The notes beneath the pieces are model-generated. The model was not told where the DNA came from, did no database searches, and saw only the letters and a list, made by a program, of their open reading frames with translations. Positions 14,101 through 22,775 of a DNA stretch of 64,000 bases are shown here, one piece after another (within the stretch, counting starts at the first letter, position 1; the number at the start of each line of letters is the position of its first letter). The stretch spans positions 205,836 through 269,835 of the forward strand of contig NMRA01000336.1 in NCBI GenBank assembly GCA_002633005.1, given 5' to 3'. This stretch comes from Phoronis australis (lineage: Eukaryota > Animalia > Phoronida). Position numbers and translations under genes: made by a program.

Positions 14101-17100
14101 ACCTCAGAATCTTCTACAGGTCGTAATAAAAATTAATCAGCATAATACAGTTTATGATCACCCAATTTTAGAACGACAGACCGGCCAACATGTACAAATC
14201 AATCTATGCATCACCTACTGGCAGGCAAAACTATTCAGGATGGATACACCACACATTCTTCTAAAAATAATGACATTCTTGCCTTGCTTTCTAATGCAAT
14301 GGCAAAACATTTATGTCCAAGAGTAGACACTAATTAGAAAATTAGGTTTTCCACTCCAAGGTGATCCTAAGTGACACCTCCCCTGAAATGCGAGTATTGC
14401 AAACATTCTTCAGTTTGGAACGTAATGGCAAACGGGTATTTGAAAACTGAAAAATGCATGCCATTTTTAATTATTTCTCCCATATAAGGAAAACTTTTAA
14501 CCTCTGATCTGTCTGTCAGCAGCATAACATGTTCATCTCATTTACACTAAAGTCTCAATCAGACTGTTTCCATGCAGGGACATTTTACCCGTCAGCTTTA
14601 AAGAAAAAGCTTCCTAATTAACATTCATATTAATTGAATTTTATGCACTTCTTTGTAATCAGAATTTATATTGTTTAAATGGTTTTTGCTTAGTCTTTGC
14701 AATTATTCCCATTAAATAAAGATTTCATAGCGTGCAATGTTACAGTGCGATACTAAAAAGATGATAAAGCCTGTCTTGCCTTTTTGTCTCCACCTCCAGG
14801 TACATGGTTAACTTTGGCTTTAGATCCCAGTTTAGGCTGCACGCTTGTGTAGTCCAACTTGCGAGATTCTATTTTTACCTAAATACAAAATACAATTCAC
14901 TGACAATGAACATGTCAGTAATCAAACACCATGGTGATAGCAGTTAAGGTGTTCACTGGACCCTAGAAAAATATCCAAATTTGGCTGGTTGGATTCAGTG
15001 ACACGTGAAATTTTCATACTATCCTTTAAGCATTGTTCTACAAAACAGCAATTGTTTTCAACATTCTCTATTTTAAAATGAGGGGCTTTCAAAAACAGGA
15101 CTTTTATAACATTCACGAAAAATCTTAAAACTTGTACAACACGAAAACGAAATATTTTTAAGCCTTCATCTTGAACATTGACATCAAACAAAATTTGGTC
15201 ATTTTTTAAAAATTGCTGATTTGTTTTGGAAAGAGTCTCCCCTTTTTTGCTAAATCTTACTTAAAATATATGGTAGAATGACTCAATTACTGGCAAGTCA
15301 AAGTCAAAACTGAAATTCTACAGGCTTTCTAAAGTTTTAGAATGTAAATACTTTTATTAAATTAAAATCTTCTGACATGCAGATACTTAGCTAAATACAC
15401 AAAGTTGTAGATAAGATCCTATATAGAGTTAGATTGAGTTGGGGTGAGCAAATCAAAACAGACTCAGAAATATATGTGAATAAATTATGAACTTGGATAA
15501 ACAATGTTTAAATGATTGGAGAGTCAACATAGGCAACCCTATTAGATGACCTATAAAACGACACCCTTGGAGCAACTGATGCAGTCACATAAGGGTAATG
15601 TATGGTGAAATGTTAACCCAGCAAGTGGTGCACTATAAACAGGAGAAATGGAAGAGGTATGCGTAATTTTCAATAATGTTGACAGTGGCACAAAAAGTTA
15701 ATTGTTTGGTTGGTGACTTCTGACCACAGTTTTTGCTACCTCAGTTCTCATTTGGTGACCCGGGTTTTTCACCGAGCCGCATTTGGCAAATTGGTAAGAG
15801 GCAAAAACTGGTATCAGTGTTTTGGTTTTATTTGACATTTTCATTCAAACATTTACCATTCCACCACTATCATTTACTATACAACTTATGCAATGCGTCA
15901 ACTTTAAACATAACATTTTCATAGCGCCAACTAGTGATAAATTCAATGACTTGCACATCAATCTTCGATAGCTTCAGTGTCCTCCTGGTTGCCGAACAGT
16001 TCAACTAACTTTGCAGTTTACATCAGTGCTACTCTGGTACTGCAATTAAGTTGGTTTTATAAATCCTTTAGACTCACTAACATGGCAGGCAGTATAACAC
16101 CTCAACATCTTATACCATTGAAGAAAAACCACTTACATTTCCTCCCCTGGGTGTATGATTGACATTTTGAAATGAGTTAATCTTTGATGACACATTTTTT
16201 ATATGTGGAGATCTGCCAACAGATGTCGACATGGCTGTGGCTGGTCGGGGACCTGCAAGAAGAAACGAAATATCAACAATGAAGTAGCAACATTGCAGTA
16301 CTGAGAAAACAAGTGAACAAGTTACTCAGTGCAGTCTGGCAAAAGGCAGCTACCAAAGTTTATATATTTGTAGCTTACACATCACTAGTTGTGTTGATAC
16401 CAGTGTATCAATGTGTTGAATATTGAATTGATTGAATACATGCGACTGATCCTGTAGTGATTCAAAGGCTGCAAAAGATCTAGACATTGCTATTGAGTCT
16501 CATTGTCATCGTGTTGAAAGATTTCTTACTTGTAACAGGAGATTCTGCTTTCCTCGGTGATGGTGTCTTTTTAACAGATGACTCGATCCTCGGTGAGGCC
16601 GACTTGACTCGTGATGGTGTCTTGCTTGCAACACTTCCTGGTGGACGTATACCGCTGACCTTAGGAGTTGACTTCTGATTGGAAAGAGAAACCAACATCA
16701 AACGGATCACACTTAGCACTTGATAAATTACAACAAAATATCAGAATATATCCTTTGATATTTCATCTTAGTTTGAAAATATCTTAATGAAGTAAATAGT
16801 GAAAGATTTCTGCAGAATTCTATACAAACTCATAGTTGCTAAGTATTGCTGTTTTCTTTAGTAACACAAACGAACATGCTAGGCACGTTTTGAGAATGCA
16901 ATTAATGGGATAGTCACTTATAGAAAACTTTCATTTTAAGAACCAGTTCTTTCCAATGTACAACAAGCATCAAACTGGTTCTCAAAATGCGGGGTCCAAT
17001 TAAGTGACTATTGTCAAATTACCTTTTTCAAATCTTTTTCTTCCTCAACGCCACTGTCTAATGATACATCTGAAATGTTAATTAAACTTTCGTGAGAAAG

Positions 17101-20100
17101 TGTGATCCATCAATTTATAACTGTTACTGCATACTTGTTCCACGATACCTGACAATGGTAGTTAATCACAATGGGCAACACACAGAAAGGAAACTTCTAA
17201 AAATGATTCAACATGTTATACCAAAAAAATTAATTTTATGTAAGTAAATGTGTGTGAAGCAGCACCGAGATGGTGATTTTTAAACAGCTGATCAAGTGCA
17301 GCTGAGCAATAACCTCAAGATTGGCAGTTTTGAATCAGTTTTATTCAAATTAGGTATCAACTTAAGTTGCTTCAACTCCAGTAATTTTGCCAAGCCATTA
17401 GTAAACTTAATCTTGGCACAACAAAACCAACAACAAATTGAACCAGCATCACCATGACGATTTTTCAAAATCGACCTTAGTTCCACAATAGTGATGACAT
17501 GGTACTGAAAGCTGGAGGAAACACAGAAAAGGCCTGTAAGGACCATCTGTGTGTCCCTCTTTGAGATTCAATGCTACAAAATTTTCTCCAAGATTGCAGA
17601 GTTATAATTAGAACAGAGACAAATATTATAAGCCACCTGGGGACAAAGGTTTACAAGTGATCATTTTATGGTTTCTCAAAACTGGAATAATATCATAATG
17701 CATGAAACAGGATACCTGTCAAGAATACCAGACAAGATTATAGCATTTTAATGCAATCCTCAACCATCCACAAAATGTTGTGGCACAAAACTGCAAATAA
17801 TCAGCTTGGTGCTTTTTGCACGTCTTTTCAGGGTTGCTATCCCACAATGCACTGCTTGTGACCAGTCATTTTGAGAAACACTAAAATGGTTAATAAGAAA
17901 ATATAGAAGCAATTGTTGGGGAATTAATTCAGAGGTACTAATAAACACAAGGCGTGCATTCCGTAGATACAAGGCATTTGCAAGACAAGTTAGTGTAATC
18001 AAGGGCTTCACCTGTAATGCATGACAATATCTCGCGAAGGCTATATAATATGTGACTTAGCTTTCCTTGCAAAAAAGTTGCTCTATGAAATGCCACCCAT
18101 GTCACATGTTGATGGGAAAGGAGTCTATTACGGCTAGGGAAATAAATTTTAGAACTGTGGCACTTGCATGGTTATACATTGAATAACTGAACCTGTAAAA
18201 CACTCTGCAACACTCAAACAAAAGACATGCTAATTAGTCTCTAATGAAGGCAGTGAACAACACAACACACTCTACAAATGGTGCAAAATCAGTAGTATAT
18301 AAACAAACGAAGACCTAGAAAACAAAATAAACCATGAAATTCAATAAAGTCCACAGAGTTGAAATGTCAGTCAGAAGCCTTGGTCATTGATCTATGCCAC
18401 CAGAGTATATTACAGGTAAAATTTTAAGCTTTCGGGAGTCTTAATTGAATGTACTGGTCATGTATACACGATATTGATCCTAATGACAACATTTCTTGTA
18501 AATGAGTGTATACCAAGTCATGTTATATATAGCATTCTCAACTCTTGTGCATTTGACACGTGACTGACAGTTCAATTGTAGTTAAAGGACTGCAAAGCAA
18601 TGTCTTTTATGTGTAATTTGTATGCTGCTGAAACAACCATGTATCGTATCAAAGCTCATCAATGCACATAAGACTGAAATGCCGGTGAGTTTTTATTGAT
18701 CACCTTAAACAAGGCTTTGCCACAAGCACGCAAAATAATAAAAAAAGAACATCAGCTACAGTAACGATATTCCACCTTTCTTTCTTGGTGACGACTGCTT
18801 AGCAGAAGTCGTTTTGGATGAGGCTGTTACGATCTTCGTCGACTTGATATTGACTGACGGTTGGGCAGACCTAGTCCTTGGGGACTGCTGTGTCTTAGCA
18901 CGAGGGGGTGCTTCCTTTTTCAACTGGACACCCACTTTGCTTGACTGTGATTGGCTAACAGATTTTGAGTTTGCTTTCAAAGATTTACTCTTGAGAGTTT
19001 TGTCAGTGGATATGTCTGACTTTCTCTCGGGACTTTTTGAACTTTCATTTTCTGTAAAAATGGTTGGAACATGACTGACGCTAGGTTCAGTTTGTCCTCC
19101 GATGCTCTCATCAACAATCCATGGAAATTGTGACATTTTTGTGTCACCTGTTGGTACCTCCTGAGCAACAGACTCAGGAGGTAGCTCAAGATCTTCAATA
19201 AATATGGGAGGTTCAAGGGGAGGGGGCTCTATATCTTCTTGATGAGATTTGTCGTCTTTTGCCTCTGCAGTTTCAGCTCGCATCAATGCAGTCATGACAA
19301 GGTCATGTGACTCATCTTCAATACTGTTACTAGATAATGACTCTTGCTGAGCTCTCGTTTGACCAGCCATTTCATTGGCTGGAGGTTCAGGCTCATCATG
19401 AACAAAAGACTGGGCCACAACATCACTGTAGGCAAATGGCTCAGGTCTAGAGGATGGATGTAGTTCAGAGAGCGTACTTTTGAGGTTGTGTTCCTCACTG
19501 GACAAAACAGCTGATTTTATACATACAGAAGAGTCAAGTGTGTTCTCATTAGCTGGAAAACCAATGTCAATGGCAGCAAGAGTTTCAAGGCAACTGCTTG
19601 GCTGCTCAGGTTCTGAACATGGAAGTTTAGCAGCAGGTTCACAACTTCTTGATGTGGGATACTCATCAAGGATGTTTAATCCTTGCTGTAGAGTAGGTGA
19701 AGAGTCAGCTAACTGCACATGTGGATCAGTGATAAAGGGATTAGTATTCACAGGACCAACCCTGTGTAGGGATGAATCCAAGGATTCAATTTCACTCACT
19801 TGTGTAGCAACTAAGGGATCACCACTGTGGACAAAAGGATTAATTCTCACAGTGTCAACAGTCTTGAAGTTAGACAAAAAGTCAAGTTGTGGCTCAGATG
19901 TTTCTTCTCCATGAGCTTCATATTGTTGAGACGGTGGAAATACACCGTGGCCATTTGCTAAGAGTTCCAGGGAGTCTTGCTTAGCCTGGGAGACCCCAAA
20001 TGGATTCTGGTTTGGCTTAGGCGTGGTGAAATCTAGCAAAAGATCGTCATTGGACTGAGCAATATCACTGTCAGATGATAGTGCTTTTTGTGAGGGAAGT

Positions 20101-20685
20101 GCTAAGTTTGGAGAGAAAGGATCAAAGTCAAAATCTTGTGAATGCAGGTTCTCCGATGGAGCATTCATGGAGGCAAAGCTGAAGGGGTCATATGGATCAT
20201 TTTGGATAACCAGAGCATGGGTACCAGTGTTCTTGGTAGCAACCTCCTCTACAGCCGCCATTTCATCTAAAAAGAACATTATGCAGTAACATTAAACAAT
20301 TAGTGAGTGATCTAAATTCAAACCCATATTATCCTAAACTCAACTTGGCTTGGGATTAGGTGCATGTGCAGGTCGCAATACAAGATAATTTGAGAAAGAA
20401 ATTCGCTGTAGAACATTGAGCTCTTACTGCCTCCAAATAAAGCCGTGAAGATGCAGAACATTTGCATAAATGTTTTTGTATTTTCAAACCCTATTCAAAA
20501 GTTATTGATGTGGTCCAGTTTTGTTTCTAGTTCTGACAGGCAACAATGGAAAAAGCACATCTTTGAATGGCTTATGAGTGGCATGATAACAACACCCTTT
20601 CCCAAACCAAAGCACTTCACAAAGCCAAATCACTAGATTTCCACTGCATATCTGCATGTTATACCCTCTTACCTGATATGTTCAT
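896..20685 (-). CDS. MAPT-like: Tau/MAP2/MAP4-family microtubule-associated protein, 14 coding exons, ~1275 aa, 9 microtubule-binding repeats. Join: 20685-20673, 20266-18776, 17069-17023, 16674-16530, 16252-16137, 14878-14780, 11278-11189, 9278-9183, 8126-8031, 5870-5775, 5422-5333, 3642-3553, 3180-3091, 2164-896
   Basis: Nine K/RxGS..N..H.PGGG-type repeats read on the minus strand, each flanked by an AG acceptor and a GT (once GC) donor. Exon lengths sum to 3828 nt with no frame break. The layout is acidic N-terminus, S/T/P/K-rich region, repeats, tail, as in tau/MAP2/MAP4. Confidence 0.93.
2753..2856. mobile_element. ~104-bp palindromic MITE (copy 1)
   Basis: AATAGTCACTT..ATTTTGAGAACCAGTTT / AAACTGATTCTCAAAAT..AATGGCTATT inverted arms. 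A related copy lies at 16910-17012. Confidence 0.7.
3091..3180 (-). CDS. MAPT-like: Tau-like repeat R9 exon (IENIKLDWKAESKVGSCDNKNHVPGGGEKK)
   Basis: ccttcag| ... |gtaaca; 90 nt; visible in ORF 3034..3225. Confidence 0.95.
3553..3642 (-). CDS. MAPT-like: Tau-like repeat R8 exon (IENRKLEWKAEPRVGSLKNQGHIPGGGDKK)
   Basis: aaaaacag| ... |gtaatg; 90 nt. Confidence 0.95.
4020..5150. repeat. Decayed HINE/Helentron-like repeat fragments
   Basis: Starts AACAAAAGCAACGTAGAGCGTTG (short hairpin). Recurring TGCCAAATTT(C/G)ATGAAGATC-like modules near 4295, 4735 and 5051. Confidence 0.3.
5333..5422 (-). CDS. MAPT-like: Tau-like repeat R7 exon (IENKKLEWKAEARIGSLQNQSHTPGGGDKK)
   Basis: aataacag| ... |gtaaca; 90 nt. 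Confidence 0.95.
5775..5870 (-). CDS. MAPT-like: Tau-like repeat R6 exon (IETHKLDFKEKAQAKCGSKANIHHMPGGGNTV)
   Basis: ttttctgcag| ... |gtatgt; 96 nt; partly visible in ORF 5574..5855. Confidence 0.95.
6190..7845. repeat. Intronic non-autonomous TE with internal tandem duplication (~1.14 kb period) and (ATC)n tracts
   Basis: GCGGATCTG.CGCA.TTT block at ~6191 and ~7332 with a colinear ~500-bp continuation. CAAGACTGTAGCC.ATTTCTTAC occurs three times (~6579, ~6727, 7681). Confidence 0.75.
8031..8126 (-). CDS. MAPT-like: Tau-like repeat R5 exon (IETRKLDFNEKAQPKCGSKANINHTPGGGNKM)
   Basis: tttcaaacag| ... |gtaaac; 96 nt. Confidence 0.95.
9183..9278 (-). CDS. MAPT-like: Tau-like repeat R4 exon (IESHKLDFKERAQPKCGSKANLHHTPGGGDKV)
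   Basis: tttttgcag| ... |gtaagt; 96 nt. Confidence 0.95.
11189..11278 (-). CDS. MAPT-like: Tau-like repeat R3 exon (IETRKLEWKVESKVGSRANVSHVPGGGDVK)
   Basis: cttatag| ... |gtaagt; 90 nt. Confidence 0.95.
11855..12956 (+). mobile_element. HINE/Helentron-like non-autonomous element with ~410-bp internal tandem unit
   Basis: TTTTTATGCGCCCAC 5' end with its inverted copy GTGGGCGCAT at 12922-12931, ending CTTGTT. Internal duplication GGCCACCTA.AGGCC.TTTTTACTGTTTTC at ~12022 and ~12431. Confidence 0.6.
13771..14232 (-). mobile_element. HINE/Helentron-like element with ~135-bp GTGACCTTGACCTTTGACC tandem units
   Basis: Starts AAACAAG. Two units, each with a GACCTT module and AACCTCCATACCAA.TTTGAG. 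Confidence 0.55.
14780..14878 (-). CDS. MAPT-like: Tau-like repeat R2 exon (VKIESRKLDYTSVQPKLGSKAKVNHVPGGGDKK), GC donor
   Basis: gtatttag| ... AAG|gcaaga; 99 nt, phase 0-0. Confidence 0.92.
16137..16252 (-). CDS. MAPT-like: Tau-like exon with repeat R1 (SPRPATAMSTSVGRSPHIKNVSSKINSFQNVNHTPRGGN)
   Basis: tcttgcag| ... |gtaagt. Resembles tau R1 [24 protein letters not shown]. Confidence 0.92.
16530..16674 (-). CDS. MAPT-like: Tau-like proline-rich region exon (KSTPKVSGIRPPGS...KAESPVT)
   Basis: ttccaatcag| acceptor and |gtaaga donor. Several SP/TP sites; 145 nt, phase 0->1. Confidence 0.88.
16910..17012. mobile_element. ~103-bp palindromic MITE (copy 2 of the 2753-2856 family)
   Basis: ATAGTCACTTA..ATTTTAAGAACCAGTT / AACTGGTTCTCAAAATG..TAAGTGACTAT inverted arms. 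Confidence 0.7.
17023..17069 (-). CDS. MAPT-like: Tau-like 47-nt micro-exon (DVSLDSGVEEEKDLKK)
   Basis: catttcag|ATGTATC...AAAAAG|gtaatt. It converts phase 1 to phase 0, which is exactly what is needed to join the flanking exons. Confidence 0.82.
18776..20266 (-). CDS. MAPT-like: Tau-like large acidic/disordered projection-domain exon (1491 nt, phase 1-1)
   Basis: Corresponds to ORF 18756..20279 (507 aa). Acceptor ctttttag|AT, donor AAG|gtggaa. D/E/S/P-rich, turning K/S/T-rich at its end. Confidence 0.88.
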
Positions 20686-20714
20686 GGCGACTTTGAGTGT
20701 AGCAGCAATTCAAA
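20673..20714 (-). CDS. MAPT-like: Tau-like exon with start codon (ATG at 20685; MNIS, phase-1 donor)
   Basis: tttcag|TTTGAATT...gtcgccATGAACATATCAG|gtaaga. There is an in-frame upstream TGA and a good Kozak context. Phase 1 matches the acceptors at 20266 and 17069. Confidence 0.75.
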
Positions 20715-22674
20715 CTGAAATATTGATTGGCGCTTAACTCTTATTTGCTTTTATTACCACCACCAAGAATGGCGCTTCATCTTTTTAAGAACAATGAACG
20801 CAAAACGAGTACCGGTAATCTGCTTTGTCTCTTTTACGGTGATTACATTCAGATATCAAATTTTAATTCAAATTCAGAAAGTGTGAAACAAAAGTCAAAC
20901 ATTTTGCACATCATCAAATGTGAGACAAAAGAGTCTTCACATTTTTATTTTAAAGTCTATAACAATTTACACACTGATATCTACAACGCCCGTATGCAGC
21001 AACCAATGAATTCAATCTTTTTTCAAGACATCTATTTGTAATATTGACTTTTTAGGAAGAGCTGCTATTTAACCTTTAGGCAGTTATTACACAGAACCAC
21101 AATTTCCCACATCTATGCAATCATCTGATACTGGTGGCATGCTGTATGAATTATGCACAATTAGCCAGACAGTGACATATCATACAAAGAACTGACTCTC
21201 TGTGCACAGCACACGAGCCGCATCGTAAAAAATCCATAACTAGGGCACTTAAGTGAAAAGGATCCTTTTAACTCAGTGGCAATACTTCAGGGCATTAAAA
21301 ATGTGTAGAGGATAGTAAAAGGACAAAATTGTTCAGCAAAATTAATGGCTGGATGCATGGTGTACAATGCAATTTCAACAAGACATCGAGATAGAAAAAA
21401 TTACATTCAGTGTTTTCTATTTTGGCAGTTTCATCTTCACATTTTGTTGAATTTAAAGGATATTATCATTTTTAAAACTAAAATGCAACTTTGTTATTGC
21501 TGTCGGAAGACTTTTTGAAGTCATTAGCTCTGGCTAGAGCTATCAAAATAAAACCAATCTGTGTTTTGTGATTTTATTACAAATTGCCAATTCTCGCTGT
21601 TGTCTGAAATCAAGGCTGGAGACTTCACCAGATAAAGACGCATAAAATACTCTGCCATATACTGAGTGTAATGAACCTCAGCCAGCAAAGCATTTGGCTG
21701 TAACACAGGAGTTTTACTGGTTTGATCCCATCCTCATATTGACCTCAAAAAGCAAATTCTCTTGCCATTAACATCATTTTAAAAACAGGTGAATACAATG
21801 CCCAATTACTATCAATATATCACATTCATTAATTTTACTGTTCTCAAAACTAAGATTTGATCAAGTCCTTAATTAAACATAATTGGTCAGACAATGAAAA
21901 AAACATTTCAACCTGTACACTGTCAGTACATAGACTTTGCCAGGACTGAAAAGCCAGACAACCACGAAAGAAAACAGGTTGTTATCATAAATAACTAGCT
22001 GCAAAGGAACTTAAAGGCAACTGGCAAATCATGTTCAGTTAATGAACAGTAATTAACTTGGGCAGTGTCAAGGGTTGTCCCAATACCTTGTGATTATAAA
22101 TCTACCCTGGGCCAAGACCTTGATAAATGAAGTCTAGCTTGATCAATTAACCAAATTCTGGCCAGTGTTGTTTTAATGTTTAATCTTATCTTGTATGAGC
22201 CACAATTTAGTACAGTTATAATCATAAAGCACAAAGTTGCTCTCATCAACAGCACAATCCTGAGACAAGAGTTTTCCCCATAGTAAGATTTCACACTTGA
22301 TACTGAACATGTCACTAAGCTACTTATGTACACAGGAATGCAGGGGGTATGTTATTACCTGGCCCCATAGGGTAAATATCCCAGTTATATCAGGAATCTA
22401 CATAATGCCTGATGTCATCATTAAGTGTAACTGGTTCGCATTTTAAGACACGTACTTACACTTAAACACCACAACTAAAACTAACATGTTACTTCCGAAA
22501 CAGTTTCTAAAAATATCCATACCATGACAAAAATCCTGTTAGAGGGTTGTTCAAAACACTAGAAGATCAACAACACCAATGACATATGCCAAAGTGTACA
22601 CACTTTCCCACAACAGTTTGTTGCACATGATTCAATGTTTTAAGTTAACACTTGGGATATCAAGAAACAAAGAC

Positions 22675-22775
22675 AGATGTTCATTAGAGATCACTAGGTT
22701 CAGCATTTCTAGAAACATATTTAGATGTTCATTAGAAATCACTACATTCATGATTTTTAGAAACAGATTTAGATA
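22675..22775. repeat. Two-copy ~48-bp tandem repeat
   Basis: AGATGTTCATTAGA.ATCACTA..TTCA..ATTT.TAGAAACA.ATTT, twice. Confidence 0.7.

Noticed and set aside
16675-16719. 5' extension LSVIRLMLVSLSNQ via a phase-1 acceptor at 16719
   Set aside because: It reads as a polypyrimidine tract, and the 47-nt micro-exon resolves the phase more convincingly. A minor alternative acceptor cannot be excluded.
18814-19914. Plus-strand ORFs of 86 and 144 aa (also 1452-1643 and 16487-16678)
   Set aside because: Antisense shadows of real minus-strand coding exons.
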